Shown piece after piece: positions 19,466-28,078 of a stretch of DNA of 64,000 nucleotides (positions are counted from its first letter, which is position 1; the number at the start of each line of letters is the position of its first letter). The notes beneath the pieces were generated by a model. That model was not told the origin of the DNA. It searched no databases and was given only the letters and a program-made list of their open reading frames with translations. The DNA comes from Candidatus Cloacimonadales bacterium (GTDB lineage: Bacteria; Cloacimonadota; Cloacimonadia; Cloacimonadales; JAFGVF01): positions 896,001 to 960,000 of the forward strand of contig OY759729.1 of the NCBI GenBank assembly GCA_963662585.1, written 5' to 3'. The translations under genes were made by a program, and so were the position numbers.

Positions 19466-20471
19466 AAATCTTTGAATCAATTTCCCGCAATACTTGAGCA
19501 GTAATTTGCTCAATATCACCTACTGCAGTAAATCCTGAAGCCTTGGTATGCCCACCGCCACCGAAGATTTTAGCTATTTGTTGCACATCATGAGTTTCAG
19601 AGCGAATACTAAATTTGTATTCATCTTGACTTTTATGCCAATAATATAGCACTACTTCTACATCCTTCGCACCTTTAACCCACTGAGTCATTTTGGAGGT
19701 AGCAGAATCATCAAGATTATTACTATCCAAGAACTCTCTTGTAGTTAGAAATAGAAGTGTTTTATTGTCATGATATAGTTGAATAGTGGAAAGTGACTGA
19801 CCAATCATTTTAAATTCTAAGGGAGCTTTTTCATAGAGAAATTTCAAAGTTACTTCAGCAGGAATCACTCCATAAGCGAGTAATTCAGCACAGACTAAGA
19901 ATACTTCTTTATCTACATTAGTATTTAGGAAATTATTGGTATCATTAACTATAGTAGTATAAATTGCACTTGCAAAATATTTTTGAGTTTCTTGATCACA
20001 ATTCACAAGCTCTTTTTTGAGGGCCTGATATATTATTATCCCTACAGAAGTAATTTCAGGAGCGATATAATAATCTGCTTCAGGAATTACAGTAGTGATA
20101 ATATGGTGATCAATAACTAAAACTCTTTTTGCTTTAGGCACTAATATACTTGCTTGACCTATTCTATCATAACCATGACAATCTATAATCATCAAATTAT
20201 CATATTTCATCTCTTCAATGAGATTTAGAGTATTATTTTCAACATCAAGGAAGTTAAGTTTATCTAAACTCTCTCCTTGAAGAATAATATCAAGGTTTAT
20301 TCCCATGGAAGCAAATAGCTTTTTAATACCTAAACAGGCAGCTAAACCATCTCCGTCAGGGTTATTATGAGTGATGATCCCAAAAGTTTCATTATTAAAC
20401 TTTGTGGAATCAATCATCTCACCTAATTTCTCTTGCAGAGATGCTAAACTATTAATCCTCTTCTGATTCAT
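19458..20471 (-). CDS. nrnA: DHH/DHHA1 oligoribonuclease/pAp phosphatase NrnA
   Basis: HNNPDGD, IDHH, DTNNF, SIRS, FGGGGH; likely start ATG 20471 with GAGG upstream. Confidence 0.88.
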   Translation of the reverse strand: MNQKRINSLASLQEKLGEMIDSTKFNNETFGIITHNNPDGDGLAACLGIKKLFASMGINLDIILQGESLDKLNFLDVENNTLNLIEEMKYDNLMIIDCHGYDRIGQASILVPKAKRVLVIDHHIITTVIPEADYYIAPEITSVGIIIYQALKKELVNCDQETQKYFASAIYTTIVNDTNNFLNTNVDKEVFLVCAELLAYGVIPAEVTLKFLYEKAPLEFKMIGQSLSTIQLYHDNKTLLFLTTREFLDSNNLDDSATSKMTQWVKGAKDVEVVLYYWHKSQDEYKFSIRSETHDVQQIAKIFGGGGHTKASGFTAVGDIEQITAQVLREIDSKIYG

Positions 20472-20817
20472 TTTCCTCTCGGGTAATTTTATTAAATATT
20501 GATTCAATTCTGTTTAAATTATCTTGAGATTTATCGTAGTAGAATCTAAGTTCAGGTATTATTCTCATAATTTTAGCGTCTGCTATATTCTTTTTGAATT
20601 GTCCTGAAGCTTTTGTTAAACAAACAATTAATTCATCTTGTGATAAATCAGAGGTATTGTCATAGAAATATATCTTTGCTTGGCGTAAATCTGCAGAGAC
20701 CTCAACATCTGAGAAGTATACACTTCTCAGACGCTCGTCTCTAAGATTATATATTACAACAGTATTGAACATTTTGCGTAGTTCTTTCTGTAATCTTAAT
20801 ATTTTTATGGATGCCAT
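20452..20817 (-). CDS. rbfA: 30S ribosome-binding factor RbfA
   Basis: VEVSADLRQAKIY and PELRFYYD; directly downstream of infB; likely start ATG 20817. Confidence 0.9.
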   Translation of the reverse strand: MASIKILRLQKELRKMFNTVVIYNLRDERLRSVYFSDVEVSADLRQAKIYFYDNTSDLSQDELIVCLTKASGQFKKNIADAKIMRIIPELRFYYDKSQDNLNRIESIFNKITREENESEED

Positions 20818-20818
20818 A

Positions 20819-23716
20819 TTACAACTTCTGTTTCTCTTCAACTTCGATATAAGATTCGATTACATCGCCTTCTTTAAGATCATTGTAGTTTTCAAATCCA
20901 ATACCACATTCTGTACCAGCTCTAACAACTTTTGCGTCATTTGAGAAATGCTTAAGGGAAGATAACTTTCCTTCGTAAAGCATCACATCATTTCTGTAAA
21001 TACGCGCTTTACCTGAATTCTCAATATAACCTGATTCAACAGCACAACCTGCGATATTTCCAACTTTCTTAATCTTGAAGACTTCTTTAACTCTAGCTGA
21101 ACCAGTAGCTTTCTCAACAAGTTTTGGAGCTAGCATTCCTTCCATAGCTGATCTTAATTCTTCAATAGCATCATAGATAATATGATATAGTTTAATTTCT
21201 ACACCATCAATCTCTGCTTGTTTTTGAGCTTTACCATTTGTTCTAACATGGAAACCAATGATAATTGCATTTGATGCAGAAGCTAAACTTACATCAGCTT
21301 CATTAATACCACCAACAGATTTTCTAATAATTTGAACTTTCACTTTTTCTGTTGATAACTTTTCAAAAGAATCACATAAAGCTTCTACAGAACCATCTGT
21401 ATCTGCTTTAACAATCAAATCTAGAGTAAGAATTTCATTTTCTTTAATTCTATCAAAGATATTATGAAGACTTGCTTTATTTTGGAAGTTTTCTCTCTCT
21501 CTTCTAATAATAGTTCTTTCAGAAGAGATAGATTTAGCTATTTTGTCTGATTCTACAGCATTGAGAATATCACCAGCTTTTGGTACATCATTTAAACCAT
21601 AAAGTCTGGCAACATCAGATGCGCCAATACTTTTGAGTTCTTTACCACGCTCATCTTCTAATTTTCTCACTTTTCCATAAGTTGAACCACAAATTATGCT
21701 ATCACCTTTTTTAAGTGAACCTTGACGAAGTAATACAGTTATAATAGTACCCATACTAGCATCTTTTTCAGATTCAATTACGATACCTTCACCAGGAACA
21801 TCACATTTAGCTTTGTACTCTTCCATATCGGAAGTAAGAAGCATTAAATCTAATAAATCATCAATACCTTCACCTGTACGAGCTGAACATTTTGTCCAAA
21901 GCACATCACCACCATAACCTTCTAAATAAACACCTTTCTCTAGAAGTTGAGAGATAGTTTTATCGATATTTACACCTGGTAAATCTACTTTATTTATGGC
22001 TATAATTAATGTTACTCCAGAAGCCTTAGCATGGTCAATAGCTTCAATAGTTTGAGGCATTACACCATCAGTAGCAGCAACCACAATTACAGCGATATCT
22101 GTTACATTAGCACCACGAGCTCTCATAGCTGAGAAAGCTTCATGACCTGGAGTATCTAAGAAAGTAATCTTTTTATCATTATAAGTAATTTGATAAGCAC
22201 CGATATGTTGAGTAATACCACCTGATTCACCTGCTACAACATTCTCATGTCTAATATAATCGAGTATTGAAGTTTTACCATGGTCAACATGTCCCATAAT
22301 AGTAACAATAGGAGGTCTATCTGTTTCTTCAGCATCTTCAAATTCTTCTGTATCTTGATAGATAAGTTCTTCACCAACTTCATCTTCGAATTCATACTCA
22401 ATTTCAAATTCAGCACACATTAATTCTAATGAGTCGCGATCTAATCTTTGATTAATCGTAACCATCTGACCTAAAGCAAAGAACTTAGTGATAATTTCAG
22501 TGGGAGCTACACCTAAAATATTAGCTAATTCGCTTACTGAAGTAAATTCACTAATTTTTACTACACTATCATCAGGTAATTTATTCTGTTGAGCTTCCTT
22601 GTGGTATTTCTTAACCTTCTTGGTCTTTTTCAAAGTCATTTTAATGTTCTTTGAAATTTGAGATTCATCTAATTCCACAGGAATATCAGTATATTTATCT
22701 CTTTTCTTAGCTGATTTAATTTTATTTTGTAAATGTCTGCTAGTATCACCAAAATCTTTAGAAGATTTTTTATTCTTACCAAACTTCTTGGATATCTCAG
22801 CTTTTTTTGCTAAGTCAGCTGTAGCAGATGCACTTGAGTCAATAACAGTAGATTTGATACTATGAGCATCTCTTTTCTTAGGATCAAAACTTCTACCACC
22901 ATCTTTACCTGCAAAACCAGGTTTTCTATCAAATGGAGGACGAGCTCCATCTTTATTAAATGGCTTTCTGTTATCAGAACTTCCACGATAACCACCTTGA
23001 GAGCTTCTTGGAGCACCAGTACCTCTGTTGTCTCCACCACGATTATCTCCGCCTCTATAATTATCGTTTCTATAGCCACCTGGTCTTCTTTCTCTATTAT
23101 CACTTTGACTTTTTTGTTGAGTTACTTTTCTCTCTTCAACATTATCAGCATGATAATAACTATCAGTAGTTGCAGGTTGACTCTTTTTCTTGAGCTGTGC
23201 TAAAATACTTTCAGTACTAGCAATAGGAAGAACTGTCTTTTTAGGTTCTTGCTTGGGCTCTTCTTTTGCTTTTCTTGGAGAAGTGTTATCTTTTCTAGGC
23301 TCAGAAGTTCTCACAGGATGTTCTTTAACAGAATCCTGTCCCTTTTTCTCCTCAGAAGTTACTCTTTCAGGCTTTTTAGAATAATCACTTTCTCTTCTTT
23401 CTTTAGCAACAACAGGAGCTACTTTTTTCTCTGTTCTAATAGCTTCCTCTTTTTTCTCATTTATTTCTTTCGTTTTCTTTTGTTCTCTTGCTTTATCTTC
23501 TAGAGCTTTTTGCTGTCTTTGGGCATCTTCTTTATCATGCTTTTTATTAGCTGAAATCTGATCATTGAACATAGCTCTTATTTTCATAGTCACATCATCA
23601 TCGAGCAAACTCATGTGACTCTTAACGACTATACCCAGATCGGCTAAAGTCTTTCTTAAGGCAGAAGAAGAAATTTTTAACTCTTTTGCAAGTTCATGTA
23701 CTTTTGTATTAGACAA
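20819..23716 (-). CDS. infB: Translation initiation factor IF-2
   Basis: VHELAKEL N-terminus, MGHVDHGKT, GGITQHIGA, DTPGHEAF, NKVD; TTG start with GGAGG. Confidence 0.98.
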   Translation of the reverse strand: MSNTKVHELAKELKISSSALRKTLADLGIVVKSHMSLLDDDVTMKIRAMFNDQISANKKHDKEDAQRQQKALEDKAREQKKTKEINEKKEEAIRTEKKVAPVVAKERRESDYSKKPERVTSEEKKGQDSVKEHPVRTSEPRKDNTSPRKAKEEPKQEPKKTVLPIASTESILAQLKKKSQPATTDSYYHADNVEERKVTQQKSQSDNRERRPGGYRNDNYRGGDNRGGDNRGTGAPRSSQGGYRGSSDNRKPFNKDGARPPFDRKPGFAGKDGGRSFDPKKRDAHSIKSTVIDSSASATADLAKKAEISKKFGKNKKSSKDFGDTSRHLQNKIKSAKKRDKYTDIPVELDESQISKNIKMTLKKTKKVKKYHKEAQQNKLPDDSVVKISEFTSVSELANILGVAPTEIITKFFALGQMVTINQRLDRDSLELMCAEFEIEYEFEDEVGEELIYQDTEEFEDAEETDRPPIVTIMGHVDHGKTSILDYIRHENVVAGESGGITQHIGAYQITYNDKKITFLDTPGHEAFSAMRARGANVTDIAVIVVAATDGVMPQTIEAIDHAKASGVTLIIAINKVDLPGVNIDKTISQLLEKGVYLEGYGGDVLWTKCSARTGEGIDDLLDLMLLTSDMEEYKAKCDVPGEGIVIESEKDASMGTIITVLLRQGSLKKGDSIICGSTYGKVRKLEDERGKELKSIGASDVARLYGLNDVPKAGDILNAVESDKIAKSISSERTIIRRERENFQNKASLHNIFDRIKENEILTLDLIVKADTDGSVEALCDSFEKLSTEKVKVQIIRKSVGGINEADVSLASASNAIIIGFHVRTNGKAQKQAEIDGVEIKLYHIIYDAIEELRSAMEGMLAPKLVEKATGSARVKEVFKIKKVGNIAGCAVESGYIENSGKARIYRNDVMLYEGKLSSLKHFSNDAKVVRAGTECGIGFENYNDLKEGDVIESYIEVEEKQKL

Positions 23717-23726
23717 TATTCCTCCA

Positions 23727-24077
23727 TCAGTGAGTTATTAATTTCAAAATTCCATTCGAAAAGTCTGTATCGGTTATCACAATCACACTCACCGGTTCAT
23801 GACCTAAACTATCGCCAATACTCTTCATAGTCTTTAATTGAATTACTGTACTTTTCGAATCATTAAATTTAACAATTTTTTTCAAATTATTTTCCGATAT
23901 GTCTTTACTAATTATTATCACTTTTATCTTTTTATTCAAAGTCTTGAGCATACTGATTCCAAACTTCAATTTACCTGCTCTCCTGGCAAACTGAAGAAGT
24001 TTTATTAGTTTCTCTTCTGTTTTTTCCGCAACCTCTTTAATCTCTTTTTTTTCCATATAGATATGTTTTCTATACAT
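23727..24077 (-). CDS. ylxQ: L7Ae/YlxQ-family RNA-binding protein
   Basis: LLQFARRAGKL...IGDSLG; conserved position between ylxR and infB; start uncertain. Confidence 0.75.
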   Translation of the reverse strand: MYRKHIYMEKKEIKEVAEKTEEKLIKLLQFARRAGKLKFGISMLKTLNKKIKVIIISKDISENNLKKIVKFNDSKSTVIQLKTMKSIGDSLGHEPVSVIVITDTDFSNGILKLITH

Positions 24078-24238
24078 TGGTTATTATCACAAACATAATA
24101 TCCTCTTCCTGCTAGCCTTCTCTTGTAATCATAGACTACTTCATTATCAATAACTTGAAATCTTAGTAGATTTTCTTGATAACTTTTTCTTCCACAAACT
24201 ACACAGCTTCGGATTGGCTTGTGACTTTCACAACACAA
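24005..24238 (-). CDS. ylxR: YlxR/RnpM (DUF448) family
   Basis: PIRSCVVC, LLRF, GRGYYVC...C motifs. Confidence 0.85.
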   Translation of the reverse strand: MCCESHKPIRSCVVCGRKSYQENLLRFQVIDNEVVYDYKRRLAGRGYYVCDNNQCIENISIWKKKRLKRLRKKQKRN

Positions 24239-24240
24239 CT

Positions 24241-25476
24241 TTAGAAAGCCTCCGCAGACTCTTTTAATTTCTCTGCAGTTTTTCTTCCGATGTTTCCTAA
24301 GTTACATAATTCTTCGACAGTTGCTAAGTAGATGTCCTGAACAGAAGTGTAACCATGTGTTTTAAGAATCTGAGCTGTGTTAGGTGTTACACCATCCAAC
24401 TCTGTAACATGGTTGGTTATTCTTCTCTCTTCAGCTAACTTTGAATTAAACTCTTCTTTTGTAAATATATCAATATTATAGTTAGTTAACTTAGCAGCTA
24501 ATCTAACATTTTTACCTTTTTTACCAATTGCTAAATTCTTATTTTTCTCTTTAACAATTACTCGAGCAAATTTTCCTCTTTCAGAGATAATAACTCTTTC
24601 AACTAAATCTTTTCCCACAGCATTAGCAATATATTCATCATCATTAGGATTAGAGACAACGATATCAATTTGTTCGCCGTGTAACTCTTTTCTAATTGAA
24701 TCAATTCTTAAACCTTTAGTGCCTAAGCAAGATCCAGCTGGGTCTATATGATCTTTTTCTGTATAGACTTCAACTTTAGTTCTGATTCCTGGTTCTCTAA
24801 CAATCTTTTTAATAATGATATCACCATTGAATATTTCTGGAATCTCGTTTTCAAATAGTTTTTTAACAAATTCAGGATTTGTTCTTGATAGAATGATAGT
24901 AACACCTGATTCTTTTCTGCGAATATTAGTAACATAAGCTTTGATAATATCGCCTTGTTTATAATATTCTTCTTCAATTTGCTCTTCAGGTGGAAGTAAG
25001 GCTGTAGTATAGCCAATATCTACTCTGATACCACCAAAACCTTCTGCTTTAACTTTTCCAGTAACAATAGTGTTTTTCTGATTCTCAAAGTGAAGCGATG
25101 TCTTATTTGCATCTTCACTCTTGATTCTTTCTTGAATTGCTTTTTTAGCATTCTTAATGATTTTGGGTCCGAACTCATGAAAATGCATTTTAACATCTAC
25201 GGTATCATCAATTTCTATTCCTTTACCATATTGTTTTTTAGCTTCATTTAAGCTTATTTCGCCCAACTCAGAATCAAATAGGACTACTTTTTTCTTGAAA
25301 GTAGCATATATATCATTTGTGGTAAAGTCAAGATGAATCTTCAACTCATTTTCTGGTAAAAGCTTTTTTGATATCGTAGAGTATAAACTCTCTTTAATAA
25401 TCTCTGTTAGCATCTCTTTATCCAATTGTTTAAAGTTGGCTAACTGATTCAATACTGCTAATATATTGGAACTCAT
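24241..25476 (-). CDS. nusA: Transcription factor NusA
   Basis: S1 and KH domains (REPGIRTKV, AIGKKGKNVRLAAKL), C-terminal HhH; likely start ATG 25476. Confidence 0.96.
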   Translation of the reverse strand: MSSNILAVLNQLANFKQLDKEMLTEIIKESLYSTISKKLLPENELKIHLDFTTNDIYATFKKKVVLFDSELGEISLNEAKKQYGKGIEIDDTVDVKMHFHEFGPKIIKNAKKAIQERIKSEDANKTSLHFENQKNTIVTGKVKAEGFGGIRVDIGYTTALLPPEEQIEEEYYKQGDIIKAYVTNIRRKESGVTIILSRTNPEFVKKLFENEIPEIFNGDIIIKKIVREPGIRTKVEVYTEKDHIDPAGSCLGTKGLRIDSIRKELHGEQIDIVVSNPNDDEYIANAVGKDLVERVIISERGKFARVIVKEKNKNLAIGKKGKNVRLAAKLTNYNIDIFTKEEFNSKLAEERRITNHVTELDGVTPNTAQILKTHGYTSVQDIYLATVEELCNLGNIGRKTAEKLKESAEAF

Positions 25477-25477
25477 C

Positions 25478-25954
25478 TTATCTCTCCTTCTCATCTGAAA
25501 AGTCAAATTCTGTTCTTGCTTTTTTAATTGAAGTAAAAGGTATTACAACCTCTTCTTCAGCCTCTATAATAACTTTAATGGCTTGAGGTGTTACTTCAGC
25601 CAAGATTCCTTGAACTACAAGGCGTTGGTCTTCAGCTTGATATTTTATCTTCACCCTTTCATTGATAGCACTAGCATAGTGCTTTTTGAATCTTAATTCT
25701 CTTTCTAAACCTGGTGAAGATACTTCTAAGGTATATTTATCCTTATAGACATTTAATAATTCTAATTCAGAACCCATTAAACGATTGACAGTTATGCAAT
25801 CTTCAACAGATACTCCACCAATTTTTGTAATATATATTAATGCGACTAAACCATGATTTGTCTGTTTCTCTTCAACATCATACAGAGCTACTCCTGCTTC
25901 AATGGCAGCTCGCTTAGCAACATCTTCTAGAACTTTTTCTCTTTCACTTATCAT
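25478..25954 (-). CDS. rimP: Ribosome maturation factor RimP
   Basis: GGVSVEDC and YTLEVSSPGLER; first gene of the nusA-infB operon. Confidence 0.95.
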   Translation of the reverse strand: MISEREKVLEDVAKRAAIEAGVALYDVEEKQTNHGLVALIYITKIGGVSVEDCITVNRLMGSELELLNVYKDKYTLEVSSPGLERELRFKKHYASAINERVKIKYQAEDQRLVVQGILAEVTPQAIKVIIEAEEEVVIPFTSIKKARTEFDFSDEKER

Positions 25955-25969
25955 TTATATACACCCTTA

Positions 25970-26012
25970 AAAATAAATTAAAAACCACTGTTAGTAATCC
26001 TTCACAGTGGTT
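25970..26012 (-). promoter_or_regulatory. rimP leader terminator-like hairpin (candidate attenuator)
   Basis: 9-bp stem AACCACTGT (25983-25991)/ACAGTGGTT (26004-26012) followed by a U-rich tract on the minus strand; TTGACA upstream at 26111-26106. Confidence 0.55.
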
Positions 26013-26145
26013 AGACTTTTTGTAAAATTATCTACGACAATATTTTATATTATTTAAACTTCTATTTTATTCATACTTATACATATTTATTTAGCTCTTA
26101 TATGTTGTCAAGATGTTCTTTATTTTTTTTCTTTTAATATTTCTC

Positions 26146-27201
26146 TTATTCGTCATGCAAAAACCTGACTATTCCAATTAATTTATCTTCATTTCTATTC
26201 ATATCCACCTTACTAACAGTATTATTTTTCTCAAAGAATAGCTTATCTGAGAACTTATAACTAATATTGGTGGTCAAATCCACCACTCCACTATTCATGA
26301 TTAGATAGCGATCACTAGCGCTAAAACTAAACATTGGAGATCTATCAACTTCTTCAAGAGGAGTAACTTCCCCTGTTTGGATATTTACTAAATATCCCCC
26401 CTCCCAATAATAAGCCAAGAATTCTTTTGAGTGGGAATATTTTTCATAATTTAAATTTTGGCAAAGAATTTCTTCTAAATTATTTCTAATATCATATCTA
26501 GCCAATCTGTTAGAAGAATTAAAGTCCCCATAATTAACCCCAGCATTACGAATATATGAAATCATTCTGTTAGCAATTTCTGCAGATGCTGATACTCCTG
26601 TAAAACTAAAGGATTCTATAGGCTCAACATAGCTTCGTAACAATGTTGTTTCATGTGTTAGAATTGTATATTTATATATTTTAGAAGTGTTCTCAATATT
26701 AGCGTAGCTATTAACAGTGTAGAGGATACTCAATTCATTATAAGAAAAACTTGGGTCGCTTTCATATATTTCTGGAGTATTTGTTATATTTTTTAGTCCG
26801 CTACCATCAACATTGCAAAGATAAATATCTCTATTAAATGCTAATAACATTTTTGTTTTTTCTTGATTAAAATACTCTACATTACCTAAAGTATCAAGGA
26901 TTGTTCTCCTATCAGAACCGTCTAAAGATACTAAATCTATTCTATCAAAAAGATCAAGGAGAATCACATCATCCTCTTCTCCAGAAAGATCTGTAACAAG
27001 ATAAGGTCTAGCACCACTAAAAGAGTTATTATGAGTAGATATTAATAATTCAACACCAGAGCCATCAATATCAAAAGTTGCAATAAAGGGTTCACTCCAT
27101 TCCCCCTCCTTATGCGTAGAAAAATCAAACTTAAAGCATCCAACTAATATTAAAACTAAACATATAATGATTACGAATTTGATTCTATTTATCTTTTTCA
27201 T
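26146..27201 (-). CDS. Lipoprotein with TolB/PD40-like beta-propeller
   Basis: Lipobox LVGC; DIYLCNVDGSGLKNITNTP..ESDPSFS repeat motif. Confidence 0.7.
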   Translation of the reverse strand: MKKINRIKFVIIICLVLILVGCFKFDFSTHKEGEWSEPFIATFDIDGSGVELLISTHNNSFSGARPYLVTDLSGEEDDVILLDLFDRIDLVSLDGSDRRTILDTLGNVEYFNQEKTKMLLAFNRDIYLCNVDGSGLKNITNTPEIYESDPSFSYNELSILYTVNSYANIENTSKIYKYTILTHETTLLRSYVEPIESFSFTGVSASAEIANRMISYIRNAGVNYGDFNSSNRLARYDIRNNLEEILCQNLNYEKYSHSKEFLAYYWEGGYLVNIQTGEVTPLEEVDRSPMFSFSASDRYLIMNSGVVDLTTNISYKFSDKLFFEKNNTVSKVDMNRNEDKLIGIVRFLHDE

Positions 27202-27443
27202 TTCTTTCTATTCCCTTCTAGTTCTAATGATTTACTATTGTTACTTACATTATAAATACAATCTTAATACAATTTCTCTAACTACCCAACTTACATTGTC
27301 TTTTCCTAACTAACTAAATAAATTATCTGTAAATATTTTGTCAATTTATTTTATAAGATATTTATTTGAAAAAAAGATTTACTTTGACATTTCGTCAGCA
27401 AGTAATAAAGTAAGTGCAATAATAATTATTTAAGGAAAAAACA

Positions 27444-27779
27444 ATGGCAACAGATAAAGATATTGTTGATTTCATAGTTGAACAGATTGAGGATGCTGGC
27501 GAGATTAGATATATTAAAATGTTTGGAGAATATGGCATCTACTCTGATGAAAAGATTTTTGCTTTAGTTTGCGATAATAAATTATACATAAAACCTACAA
27601 AAGCTGGAAGAGAATTCATCGGAAAAGTAACTGAGGCTCCTCCTTATACTGGTGCAAAGAACTATTTCTTAATTGAAGATCAAATAGAAGATAGTGAGTG
27701 GTTAAGCGAATTAGTAAGGTTAACTGCTTCTGAACTACCTCTACCAAAAGCCAAGAAAAAGAAGAAAGGGAAAGCTTAA
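27444..27779 (+). CDS. TfoX/Sxy N-terminal domain protein
   Basis: KMFGEYGIY, VCDNKLYIKPT, PPYTGAK motifs. Confidence 0.88.
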   Translation: MATDKDIVDFIVEQIEDAGEIRYIKMFGEYGIYSDEKIFALVCDNKLYIKPTKAGREFIGKVTEAPPYTGAKNYFLIEDQIEDSEWLSELVRLTASELPLPKAKKKKKGKA

Positions 27780-27830
27780 CTACTTTTCTTTTACTTTCTT
27801 ATTTAATGTATGGCAATATCTTACACCATA

Positions 27831-27955
27831 TTCTTTCCTTGGTCTTAGCTTCGATACTCCTTGCTCCTTCTCACTAATCACATTCCTTTATTGAATTTTA
27901 ATTGTGATTAGTGTTAAGTAGGATTGGAAGAGCAGACAAGGACGATGAGAAGAGT
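27831..27955. repeat. Pyrimidine-arm/purine-arm long palindrome, copy B
   Basis: CACTAATCACA (27872-27882) pairs with TGTGATTAGTG (27903-27913); TTCTCACTAA and AGAGCAGA..GGACGAT shared with copy A. Confidence 0.6.
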
Positions 27956-28078
27956 AAAGAATTGAGAATTATGTTCGCTTAATTATAAGATTTATAGATA
28001 TTTCATTTGACAGTTCTTACAAATTGCTAAATCTTTGTCTAAGATGTGAAAATGATATTCTAATGTTAGGAGTTAAAA

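Noticed and set aside
22234..23503. Cluster of short overlapping ORFs and RGGDN repeats in infB
   Set aside because: Shadow frames of the low-complexity IF-2 N-terminal region, which is normally variable.
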